From NCBI GenBank assembly GCA_903822015.1, contig CAIJNQ010000280.1:1-51561 (forward strand): a stretch of 51,561 nucleotides of DNA. The letters are read 5' to 3'. How positions within the stretch are numbered: position 1 is the stretch's first letter; each line of letters starts with the position of its first letter. The stretch is from an uncultured Verrucomicrobia subdivision 3 bacterium. Its GTDB lineage: Bacteria; Verrucomicrobiota; Verrucomicrobiia; Limisphaerales; UBA11358. Positions 1 to 8,667 of this stretch are shown piece after piece. Both the position numbers and the translations under genes were made by a program. The notes under the pieces were generated by a model. The model was given only the letters and a program-made list of their open reading frames with translations, did no database searches and was not told where the DNA came from.

Positions 1-2
1 AA

Positions 3-131
3 GCCCTCCTGCGCGCGCTCGAAGCCAGGACACCCGCTGAGTTGGTCAAGGCCATCGGCCAAGCCCTGGCCCAAGTGACGGCTCAAGACGCCCTCGGCTG
101 GTTTGTTTCCTGCGGCTATAGTTTTTGTTGA
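3..131 (+). CDS. 3' end of an unidentified CDS entering from upstream (partial)
   Basis: Open frame from the window edge (ALLRALEARTPAELVKAIGQALAQVTAQDALGWFVSCGYSFC*) with TGA at 129-131. Convergent with rnc. No family recognised. Confidence 0.3.
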   Translation, partial: ALLRALEARTPAELVKAIGQALAQVTAQDALGWFVSCGYSFC

Positions 132-137
132 AACGCT

Positions 138-836
138 CTAGGCGCTGTTTTCCGCCCGCAATTTTATCAATGCCGCCAGGGCTGCGTCGCTTTCGGCGGC
201 CTTTTTGCTTTTCCCGTGGCCGTGCGCCAGTTCGATGCCTTCGTGCTGCACGACGCATTCAAACATGCGGTCGTGGTCCGGGCCCGTGGCGGAAACGGTT
301 TGGTAATCCGGCGCCGTGGGCGAGCGCGCTTGGAGCAGCTCCTGCAGTTCGCCCTTGGGATTATCGATCCCCGGCCGCGCGCCGGATTCGCCGATCGCTG
401 CGCTGAACTCGCGCAGCAGAAATTCCCGCGCCGCCTCGAATCCCCCGTCCAGAAAAATTGCGCCGAGGAGCGCTTCAAACGCGTCCGCCAGCGCCGACGC
501 GCGTTCGCGGCCGCCGGTGTTTTCTTCGCCCCGGCTTAAGATCAGATGCGCGCCCAGCTTCAGCGCGCGGCCGTGTGCCGCCAGCGAACCGGCGTTCACC
601 AGTTTTGCGCGTGATTTTGTCAGCAAACCTTCATCCGCCCCGGGAAATTGCTCGTAGAGTTGCCGCGAAAGAACGAGGCCCAGCACCGCGTCGCCCAGAA
701 ATTCCAGCCGTTGGTTGTGCAGGATTGCCGTGTTCTGTTCGTGGGCGACCGACGGATGCGTTAACGCCAGGCGCAGGAGGTTCTCGTCGCGGAATTGGTG
801 GCCGAGACGCTGTTGGAGTTCGGCGAGATCGGACAC
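138..836 (-). CDS. rnc: Ribonuclease III
   Basis: 232 aa with the RNase III signature NQRLEFLGDAVLGLV, a C-terminal dsRBD-like segment (GPDHDRMFECVV...GHGKSKKAAESDAA) and typical length. Confidence 0.95.
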   Translation of the reverse strand: MSDLAELQQRLGHQFRDENLLRLALTHPSVAHEQNTAILHNQRLEFLGDAVLGLVLSRQLYEQFPGADEGLLTKSRAKLVNAGSLAAHGRALKLGAHLILSRGEENTGGRERASALADAFEALLGAIFLDGGFEAAREFLLREFSAAIGESGARPGIDNPKGELQELLQARSPTAPDYQTVSATGPDHDRMFECVVQHEGIELAHGHGKSKKAAESDAALAALIKLRAENSA

Positions 837-842
837 GGCAGA

Positions 843-1448
843 TTAATTCGCTGCTGCGGGTTCCAGCGGTCGGGGGGCGGTCTCGGTTTCCGCGGCCGGA
901 TTCTGCTCGCTGGCTGGAGCCGGAGTTTGTGGCGTGGTCGCCGGCGGGGTCAAGCCGTGTTCCAGCAACGCGGCGACGTCGTGTTGCACCTGTTCGAGCT
1001 GGTCGAGATGCAGGTTTGGATCGGCAATGGTGAAAATGTCACCGGTTTTTGGCTGTTCGTAGACGAAGACCCGCTGGCCGTCGCGGACGATCTGTTCTTT
1101 CACCTTCAGGATGCGCTTGCGTTCGAGCATCACCGCGAGGATGTAGGCGGCAGGCGCGTAACGCGGCTCGTTCTGCTCGATGAGTTTGCGCAGCACGGTT
1201 TCCGCGGTCTCTTTCTGGATGACATCCACCACCGGCGGCGGCACCTCAAAAATTCCCTGCCAGTGCGATATGAAGCCGGCCTGGTTGTGCGGGTCGCCGG
1301 CTTTGGTCGCGCAGGGCTCGCAAATGTCCGACCGGCGCAGCTCCTTTCCGTCCTCCAGCAAAATTGTGCGATAGTTTTGTCGGTCGGCAAAAAGCTGGCC
1401 GCACGCCTCGCAGGCGTGGGCGCGGGACTGAATATTCCACTCGTTCAT
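843..1448 (-). CDS. Hypothetical protein with N-terminal CxxC...CxxC zinc-ribbon, co-oriented 6 nt upstream of rnc
   Basis: 201 aa ORF. Has CEACG...CEPCA cysteine pairs and a Pro/Ala-rich C-terminus. Clean protein-like composition, unlike the overlapping frames. Confidence 0.7.
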   Translation of the reverse strand: MNEWNIQSRAHACEACGQLFADRQNYRTILLEDGKELRRSDICEPCATKAGDPHNQAGFISHWQGIFEVPPPVVDVIQKETAETVLRKLIEQNEPRYAPAAYILAVMLERKRILKVKEQIVRDGQRVFVYEQPKTGDIFTIADPNLHLDQLEQVQHDVAALLEHGLTPPATTPQTPAPASEQNPAAETETAPRPLEPAAAN

Positions 1449-1616
1449 GGGCGCGATCAGTTAACCATGAAATGCGTTGATGAACACGAAGAAAATGATT
1501 CCCGGTTGAAAGTTTCCCGGATGTTCGGCTTGGGGCGGGCGCGTTTGTCTTGCGGGTGGCCGCCCGCTGCCAAACTGCCGCTGCCCGCCTCGCGGGACCG
1601 GTCTCAAAAGTTGCGG

Positions 1617-2234
1617 TCACTCGCCGACGCCGGCGTATTCCTCGTCCACTTTCAGGTCCATTCCCATGAGGAGGTAATCGTGCGTGACGGCTTTCATATC
1701 CAGCACATAATCTTCCTGATGCATCAGCTGTTGAAAGCCGATGTCCTGCAGCGCGCGAATGGCTACCTTGCGTTCGCCATTGAGTTCGGCTTCCAGCTTG
1801 CGTAACCCCAGTGCGCGGGCGATTTCAATTTGCTCGGTCACCAGGATCTTGGCCACATCCCGGCCGCGGTATTCCGGGTGGGTCAAAACCGTGACTGAAC
1901 CCACATGCCGCTTCCAGCCACCGGGCCGCTGGCGCAGCGTTGCTTTGCCGATGATCTTGCGCCCATGGAACATCAGCAACATGAGGCTTTCCTCGGCATC
2001 CGGGTGGCGCAGCCATTCGTGGAACATGGCCCGGTCCAGGATGGATTTCTTGATAAAGAGGCGCTCTTCTTCCGGCACGGAGAGGAAAAATTTGTGCAGT
2101 GCTTTTTCATCTTTCCGGCTCAGCGGCCGCAGGGTCGCGCTTGTACCGTCCCGGAGCTTCATCGATACGGGAAATTTTTCCAGTACATATTCGAGCTTGA
2201 TTGCCGTATCATTAACTTTATTGTTCTTTTTCAC
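1617..2234 (-). CDS. GNAT family N-acetyltransferase
   Basis: 205 aa with a GNAT core pattern (VTVLTHPEYRGRDVAKILVTEQIEIARALGLRKLEAEL). Confidence 0.85.
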   Translation of the reverse strand: MKKNNKVNDTAIKLEYVLEKFPVSMKLRDGTSATLRPLSRKDEKALHKFFLSVPEEERLFIKKSILDRAMFHEWLRHPDAEESLMLLMFHGRKIIGKATLRQRPGGWKRHVGSVTVLTHPEYRGRDVAKILVTEQIEIARALGLRKLEAELNGERKVAIRALQDIGFQQLMHQEDYVLDMKAVTHDYLLMGMDLKVDEEYAGVGE

Positions 2235-2589
2235 ATTGCTATATTAGTTATCCAGCTCCTGTTTGGCCAACCCTAAATTGGTCAAGTTCGACCCTAATTT
2301 GTTATCGGCTCCGGCAAATTGAATGGGTCCGCGCATCCTGTCCGGTCACTCGGGCGTTAATTCTGCGCTGAAATCGTTCTTGATCCGGTGCGCGGTGATG
2401 CGGGCGCCGGCTTGGCTTTTGAACCTGCCGCCAAGGTTGGCAAGCTTGCTGCTAAACGGGATTTATGCAAAAAACATGTCCGTCAGCCAAAAGTGAGATG
2501 CTGCGCCAGCGTGGTATCAAACAAATGATGCATTTGGCTGGTTTCGGCCGGATGGAATGACATTCTTCGTCTGAAAGCACTGTTACAAA

Positions 2590-4065
2590 ATGACCAACCA
2601 GACCAAATTACAACCCTCGGTGTCCCTGCTCAACGGTTACCGCGCGGAAGATTTTTTCGACGAGATGGTTGGGCCGGGCGAAAACCTGCGTCCGCATTAT
2701 GCGCGGTTCCGTGAATTGTTCCAGTCGCTCACGCTGGCCGAGTTTGAAAATAAGCGCCAGTCGGTGGATCTGGCGTTTTTGCGGCAGGGGGTCACCTTCA
2801 ATGTCTATGGCGACTCGGCGGGGACGGAGAAGATTTTCCCGTTTGACTTGCTGCCGCGCATCATCCCGGCGAAGGAGTGGGAATTTCTGGAGCGTGGCCT
2901 CGTCCAGCGCATCACCGCGCTCAATTTGTTTCTGCACGACCTGTATCATGAGCAGAAAATTTTGAAGGACGGCGTCATCCCGCCGTATTATATTTTGTCC
3001 GGGAAGCATTTCCGGCGCGAGTTCGTGAACTTCAACGTGCCGAAGGATATTTATATCCACGTCTGCGGCACGGATCTGATCCGCGATGACCAAGGCAATT
3101 ATCTCGTGCTGGAGGACAACGGGCGTTGCCCCAGCGGCGTGAGTTATGTTTTGGAAAACCGGCGCGCCATGAAGCGGACGTTTCCGCAGATGTTCGAGCG
3201 TGTCGGCGTGCGGTCGGTGGAGGATTATCCGCGCGAGCTGCTGCGGATGTTGCAGTACATCGCGCCCGCCGGCGTATCCGATCCCACGGTCGTCTTGCTG
3301 ACGCCGGGCGCGGCCAATTCGGCTTATTTCGAGCACACCTATCTCGCCCGGCAGATGGGCATTGAAATCGTCGAGGGCCGCGATCTCGTGGTACGCGACG
3401 CGCGGGTATTCATGCGGACCACGAAGGGGCTGCAGCCGGTTCACGTCATCTACCGCCGGTTGGACGACGATTTTCTCGACCCGACAATTTTCCGCCGGGA
3501 CTCCATGCTCGGCGTGCCGGGGCTGGTGCATGCCTATCGCACCGGAAATGTTTCGCTTGCCAATTCCATCGGCACGGGAATCGCCGACGACAAGGTCATG
3601 TATCATTTCGTTCCCAAGATGATAAAATACTACCTCGATCAGGAGCCTATCATACCGAACGTGGCGACTTATCTGGCCAACGAGGAGGCCGACAAAAAGT
3701 ATATTTTGGATCACATGGAAGAACTTGTCGTCAAGGCTGCGAACGAATCCGGCGGCTACGGCATGTTGATCGGCCCGAAGGCGACGAAAGCCGAGGTGGC
3801 CGAGTTCCGCAAAAAAGTTGAGGCGGAGCCGCGCAATTATATCGCCCAGCCGACAATTTCCCTTTCGCGTCATCCGACGCATGTGACGGACGGCTTGTTT
3901 GAGGGCCGGCATATTGATTTGCGGCCGTATATTATTTCCGGGGAAAAAACGGTCATCGTGCCCGGCGGTCTGACGCGCGTCGCCCTGCGCAAAGGTTCGC
4001 TCGTCGTCAACTCGTCGCAGGGTGGCGGCAGCAAGGACACCTGGGTTTTGTATGGGGATGAATAA
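2590..4065 (+). CDS. Circularly permuted type-2 ATP-grasp protein (DUF404/DUF407 family)
   Basis: 491 aa with family-typical blocks ([71 protein letters not shown]...[15 protein letters not shown]). Confidence 0.9.
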   Translation: MTNQTKLQPSVSLLNGYRAEDFFDEMVGPGENLRPHYARFRELFQSLTLAEFENKRQSVDLAFLRQGVTFNVYGDSAGTEKIFPFDLLPRIIPAKEWEFLERGLVQRITALNLFLHDLYHEQKILKDGVIPPYYILSGKHFRREFVNFNVPKDIYIHVCGTDLIRDDQGNYLVLEDNGRCPSGVSYVLENRRAMKRTFPQMFERVGVRSVEDYPRELLRMLQYIAPAGVSDPTVVLLTPGAANSAYFEHTYLARQMGIEIVEGRDLVVRDARVFMRTTKGLQPVHVIYRRLDDDFLDPTIFRRDSMLGVPGLVHAYRTGNVSLANSIGTGIADDKVMYHFVPKMIKYYLDQEPIIPNVATYLANEEADKKYILDHMEELVVKAANESGGYGMLIGPKATKAEVAEFRKKVEAEPRNYIAQPTISLSRHPTHVTDGLFEGRHIDLRPYIISGEKTVIVPGGLTRVALRKGSLVVNSSQGGGSKDTWVLYGDE

Positions 4066-4128
4066 TTCAAACTTAGCCTTGCGGATTTCGCATGATGAAG
4101 GCTGCGCCGGTGGTGCGTTCAGTTTCAT

Positions 4129-4159
4129 ATTCGCAATTCGCAATTCGCAATTCGCAATT
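4129..4159. repeat. Heptamer array (ATTCGCA)x4.4 inside the ATP-grasp operon
   Basis: attcgca attcgca attcgca attcgca att, ending 5 nt before the alpha-E ATG (4165). Confidence 0.9.
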
Positions 4160-4164
4160 TCAAC

Positions 4165-5217
4165 ATGTTAAGTCGCGTCGCCAACTCTCTTTACTGGATG
4201 TCGCGTTACATCGAGCGTGCCGAGAATATCGCGCGCATCGTGGACGTGAACCTGCAACTGCTCCTCGACCTCCGCAATCTCAATGAGGAGCGGCTGGCCA
4301 AACACTGGTTGCCCATCGTGCAGACCACCGGCGATGAGGAACAGTTTTTCGCGCTGCACCATAAAGCCACCGCGCAAACCGTCACCGAGTTTCTGGTTTT
4401 CCAGCCGGAAAATGCCAACTCCATCGTTTCCTCCATTTGTTCGGCGCGCGAAAATGCGCGCATGGTGCGTGATCAGATCACGGTGGAGCTCTGGGAGGAA
4501 TTGAACCGGCTCTATTGGTTCGTCCGCACCCCCACGGCGCGCCAGGTCTGGAGGGAAAGCCCGAGTGAGTTTTTTCAGCAGATCAAAAATAGCTCGCTGC
4601 TCATCATCGGCCTGACCTACGCGACCCTCATTCACAATGAGGGTTGGTGGTTTGCGCAGGTGGGCAAATACATCGAGCGCGCCGATAAAACCTCCCGGAT
4701 TCTCGACCTGCGTTACGAGACCCTGCCGGAAAAAGGCTTGCCGGAAACCGTCAGTGAAACGGATGCGCTTGAATGGTCGGCCATTCTGCGCTCCTGTAGC
4801 GCGTGGGACGCCTATAAAACCATCCACGGCGCGGAGGTCAGCCCGCGGCTGGTGGCGGAATTTCTGCTCCTCAACGAGGATTTTCCCCGCTCCGTGCGGT
4901 TCTGTGTGGACGAGCTGAATAACGCCCTGCGTAAAATCTCCGGTGTGGCCGGGGGGAAATTCTGTAACGATGCTGAAAAACTGGCCGGCCGGCTGGTGGC
5001 GGAATTGCAGTTCATGACCATTGACGAGATTTTCGATGTCGGGTTGCACGGCTACCTTGACCGGTTGCAGGGCAAGCTCAACGACATCGGCGGTGCTTTG
5101 TTCAACGCCTATATTTTCCAGAACTTCAACAATCTTGAGGACGAAATCATGGTGCAGCAGGAGGAGCAGCAGCAGCAGAGCGGTTCGCGTTCTTCGTCAA
5201 TTGTCACCCGCTACTAA
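4165..5217 (+). CDS. Alpha-E domain protein (DUF403)
   Basis: 350 aa. The N-terminus MLSRVANSLYWMSRYIERAENIARI is the hallmark alpha-E start, and a second ERADKTSRILD helix is present. Confidence 0.9.
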   Translation: MLSRVANSLYWMSRYIERAENIARIVDVNLQLLLDLRNLNEERLAKHWLPIVQTTGDEEQFFALHHKATAQTVTEFLVFQPENANSIVSSICSARENARMVRDQITVELWEELNRLYWFVRTPTARQVWRESPSEFFQQIKNSSLLIIGLTYATLIHNEGWWFAQVGKYIERADKTSRILDLRYETLPEKGLPETVSETDALEWSAILRSCSAWDAYKTIHGAEVSPRLVAEFLLLNEDFPRSVRFCVDELNNALRKISGVAGGKFCNDAEKLAGRLVAELQFMTIDEIFDVGLHGYLDRLQGKLNDIGGALFNAYIFQNFNNLEDEIMVQQEEQQQQSGSRSSSIVTRY

Positions 5218-5220
5218 ACC

Positions 5221-8200
5221 ATGTCCATCCACGTCGCGCTTCACCATAAGACGCACTATAAATACGACCGGCTCGTCAACCTCGGCCCGCAGGTCGTGCG
5301 GCTTCGCCCCGCCCCGCATTCGCGGACGCGGATTTTGAGTTACTCGCTCAAGATCAAGCCGGAAAAACATTTCATCAACTGGCAGCAGGATCCGCAGTCC
5401 AACTACGCCGCCCGCCTGGTCTTTGAAAAGCCGACCCGCGAATTTCTGGTCGAGGTGGATCTGGTGGCCGAGATGGCGGTGCTGAATCCGTTCGACTTTT
5501 TCCTTGAGCCGGGCGCGCAGAAATTTCCCTTCGCTTACGACCCGGCGCTGGACCATGAGCTCGCGCCGTTTCAGCGCAAATGCTGGCTGACGACCAATTT
5601 CACGCGGTATCTCACCGAGTTGCGCCGGGATTTGATAGGCGAGGTTAAGCGGCGTACGAAGCAGCAGCGGCTGGACATGCCCCACAGCGAGAAGTCGCCG
5701 ACCAACGATTTTATCGTCGCCATCAACCAGCGGCTATGGCAGGACATTAAATACACCATTCGCCTGGAGCCGGGCGTGCAGACGCCGGAGGAAACCCTCA
5801 CGAAAATGAGTGGGTCCTGCCGTGACTCAGCGTGGCTCCTGGTGCAATTGCTGCGGCACTTCGGCCTCGCGGCGCGCTTCGTCAGCGGCTACTTGATCCA
5901 ACTCAAGCCGGACGTAAAATCGCTCGACGGCCCGAGCGGGGCGGAAAAGGATTTCACCGATTTGCACGCCTGGACGGAAGTGTACCTGCCCGGTGCCGGT
6001 TGGATCGGCCTGGATCCCACTTCCGGCTTGCTCGCGGGTGAGGGTCATATCCCGCTGGCCTGCACCCCGGATCCTTCCAGCGCGGCGCCCATTTCCGGCG
6101 GCGTGGATGAATGCGAAACCGAATTCGAGTTCGACATGACCGTGAAGCGCGTTTACGAATCACCGCGCGTCACCAAGCCCTACACCGAGGAGCAATGGCA
6201 CGATATCGAACAGCTCGGTCATGCCATCGATCTAGATTTGCAGCAAGGCGACGTCCGCCTGACGATGGGCGGCGAGCCGACCTTTGTTTCCGTGGATGAT
6301 CCTGACGGCCCCGAATGGAATTTTACCGCCGTCTCGAACAAAAAGCGGATTCTCTCGGGTGAACTCATCAGGCGCTTGCGCGGGAAATTTGCCCCCGGCG
6401 CCCTCCTGCATTATGGCCAGGGTAAATGGTATCCGGGCGAACCGCTGCCGCGTTACGCGCTCGCGGCCTATTGGCGCAAGGACGGCGTGCCGGTTTGGAA
6501 GAACGATTCCCTCATTGCCGACGAATCAAAAAATTACGGCCACGGCCCGAAGGAGGCCAAGGCGCTGGCCGAGCGGCTCGCCCAAACGCTTGGCGTAAAG
6601 CCGGAGCATTTGATTCCTGCCTACGAAGACGCGTTTTATTACTCCTGGAAGGAACGCCGCTTTCCGTCGAATATCACGCCGGAAAAATCCAATCTGAAAG
6701 ATAAGCAGGAGCGTGAGCGCATCGCGCGGATTTTCCAGCAGGGACTCGGCTCGGTGGTCGGCTACACTTTGCCGATCAAGCGGGCTTGGTTTGGCCAGCA
6801 GCAGGGCTGGCTGTCCGGCTCGTGGTTTTTGCGCGATGACGATACGCTCTGGTTGATCCCCGGCGACTCCGCGATGGGGTTGCGCCTGCCGCTGGATTCC
6901 GTTCCCTGGGTTTCGGAAAAGGATTACCCGTGGCTGCGGCCGCAGGATCCGTCGGAACCGGACTTGCCGGAATTGCCTAAAGAATTTCCCTATCGGCAAC
7001 CGGTTGTCGGCCGGCGCAACGTTCCCTTGCCGCCCGGCTACGGGCCTGGCCAGCGCGCGCAAAAGCTCGGCAAACCGGAGGAAAAGCCGGAGTCGCCGAA
7101 AACGGAGGAAGATCCAAACCGCCGCCCGACGCCGGGCGAGAGCGCGCCTTGGATTATTCGCACCGCGTTGTGCGTCGAGCCTCGCGCTGGACGTTTGCAC
7201 GTCTTCATGCCCCCGGTCGAAAAGACGGAGGATTATCTCGATCTCATCGCCGGCATCGAAACGACTGCCGCCGAAACCGGCTTGCCGGTGGTCATCGAAG
7301 GTGAGACGCCGCCGCGTGATCCGCGCCTGAACAAGCTCGCGGTGACGCCGGATCCTGGCGTGATCGAGGTCAACATGCACCCGAGCAAGACTTGGGCGGA
7401 ACTGGTTGACCGCACGACCGTGCTTTACGAGGAGGCGCGCCAGACGCGGCTCGGCACCGAGAAATTCATGGTGGATGGGCGCCACACCGGCACGGGTGGC
7501 GGGAATCACATCATCATCGGTGGCGAGACGCCAACGGATTCCCCGGTGCTGCGCCGGCCGGATTTGCTGCGTTCATTGCTGACGTATTGGCAGAATCATC
7601 CCTCGTTGAGCTGGCTGTTCAGCGGCTTGTTCATTGGTCCGACGTCGCAGGCGCCCCGCATTGACGAGGCGCGCAACGATTCGCTTTACGAGCTCGACGT
7701 GGCGTTCAAGGAAATGGACAGGCAGATCAGCCAGTTTGGTCAGACCCCGCCGTGGCTGGTGGATCGCTTGTTCCGCAATCTGCTGATCGATTCCAGCGGC
7801 AACACGCATCGCGCCGAGTTTTCGATTGATAAACTTTACGCGCCCGAAAGCAGCACCGGCCGGCTGGGGCTTGTCGAAATGCGCGCTTTTGAAATGCCGC
7901 CGGACGCGCGTATGAGCCTCGCCCAGCATCTGCTCCTGCGCGGCCTGATCTCGAAATTCTGGAAGCAGCCTTACCAAAACGGTCTCGTGCGCTGGGGCAC
8001 CGATATTCACGATCGCTGGATGCTCCCGCATTTTTGCGAGACCGACTTTAAGGAGGTCGTCGATGATTTGCGTGCCGCCGGTTATCCGTTCCAGGCGGAA
8101 TGGTTCGCGCCGCACTTTGAATTCCGCTTTCCGCGCATCGGGGATTTGGAGCAGCGCGATTTGCAAATCGAACTCCGCACCGCGCTCGAACCGTGGCATG

Positions 8201-8667
8201 TCTTGGGTGAGGAGCCCGGCGGTGGTGGCACGGTGCGATATGTGGACAGCTCCGTCGAACGCCTGCAAATCAAGGCGCGCGGCCTCGCCGGCGACCGCTT
8301 TGCCATCACCTGCAACGGCCATCGCGTGCCGCTGCATCCCACCGGCACCAACGGTGAAGGCGTCGCCGGCGTGCGCTATCGCGCCTGGCAGCCGCCGGTT
8401 TGTTTGCAGCCCACGATCAAATCGCACGCGCCGTTGCGCTTCGATCTTTACGACACTTGGAACCAGCGGTCGCTCGGCGGCTGCACGTACAACGTCGCGC
8501 ATCCCGGCGGCCGCAGCTACGACACCTTCCCCGTGAATTCTTACGAGGCTGAGAGCCGCCGGCTCGCCCGTTTTTTCCGGCATGGCCACCAGCAGGGCAG
8601 CTTCACGCCGCCGGTCGAAACTTTGAACCGCGACTTTCCTTTTACGCTGGATTTGCGCAATGTCTGA
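5221..8667 (+). CDS. Large transglutaminase-like protein (Bact_transglu_N + transglutaminase core + DUF2126-type C-terminal region)
   Basis: 1148 aa. N-terminal MSIHVALHHKTHYKYDR (transglutaminase N-terminal domain), Cys motif GSCRDSAWLLV, and His/Asp motifs DLHAWTEVYLPGAGWIGLDPTSG. The long C-terminal extension is typical of DUF2126 proteins. Confidence 0.9.
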   Translation: MSIHVALHHKTHYKYDRLVNLGPQVVRLRPAPHSRTRILSYSLKIKPEKHFINWQQDPQSNYAARLVFEKPTREFLVEVDLVAEMAVLNPFDFFLEPGAQKFPFAYDPALDHELAPFQRKCWLTTNFTRYLTELRRDLIGEVKRRTKQQRLDMPHSEKSPTNDFIVAINQRLWQDIKYTIRLEPGVQTPEETLTKMSGSCRDSAWLLVQLLRHFGLAARFVSGYLIQLKPDVKSLDGPSGAEKDFTDLHAWTEVYLPGAGWIGLDPTSGLLAGEGHIPLACTPDPSSAAPISGGVDECETEFEFDMTVKRVYESPRVTKPYTEEQWHDIEQLGHAIDLDLQQGDVRLTMGGEPTFVSVDDPDGPEWNFTAVSNKKRILSGELIRRLRGKFAPGALLHYGQGKWYPGEPLPRYALAAYWRKDGVPVWKNDSLIADESKNYGHGPKEAKALAERLAQTLGVKPEHLIPAYEDAFYYSWKERRFPSNITPEKSNLKDKQERERIARIFQQGLGSVVGYTLPIKRAWFGQQQGWLSGSWFLRDDDTLWLIPGDSAMGLRLPLDSVPWVSEKDYPWLRPQDPSEPDLPELPKEFPYRQPVVGRRNVPLPPGYGPGQRAQKLGKPEEKPESPKTEEDPNRRPTPGESAPWIIRTALCVEPRAGRLHVFMPPVEKTEDYLDLIAGIETTAAETGLPVVIEGETPPRDPRLNKLAVTPDPGVIEVNMHPSKTWAELVDRTTVLYEEARQTRLGTEKFMVDGRHTGTGGGNHIIIGGETPTDSPVLRRPDLLRSLLTYWQNHPSLSWLFSGLFIGPTSQAPRIDEARNDSLYELDVAFKEMDRQISQFGQTPPWLVDRLFRNLLIDSSGNTHRAEFSIDKLYAPESSTGRLGLVEMRAFEMPPDARMSLAQHLLLRGLISKFWKQPYQNGLVRWGTDIHDRWMLPHFCETDFKEVVDDLRAAGYPFQAEWFAPHFEFRFPRIGDLEQRDLQIELRTALEPWHVLGEEPGGGGTVRYVDSSVERLQIKARGLAGDRFAITCNGHRVPLHPTGTNGEGVAGVRYRAWQPPVCLQPTIKSHAPLRFDLYDTWNQRSLGGCTYNVAHPGGRSYDTFPVNSYEAESRRLARFFRHGHQQGSFTPPVETLNRDFPFTLDLRNV

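Noticed and set aside
2608-4143. 511-aa ORF antisense to the cpATP-grasp gene
   Set aside because: Typical high-GC antisense open frame. The translation is Arg/Ala/Gln-rich with no motifs, while the sense strand has strong family motifs.
4129-4159. Possibility that the tandem arrays (here and at the other listed loci) are CRISPR arrays
   Set aside because: The periods are only 7-9 nt with no spacers, there are 3-5 units at most, and the window has no cas genes.
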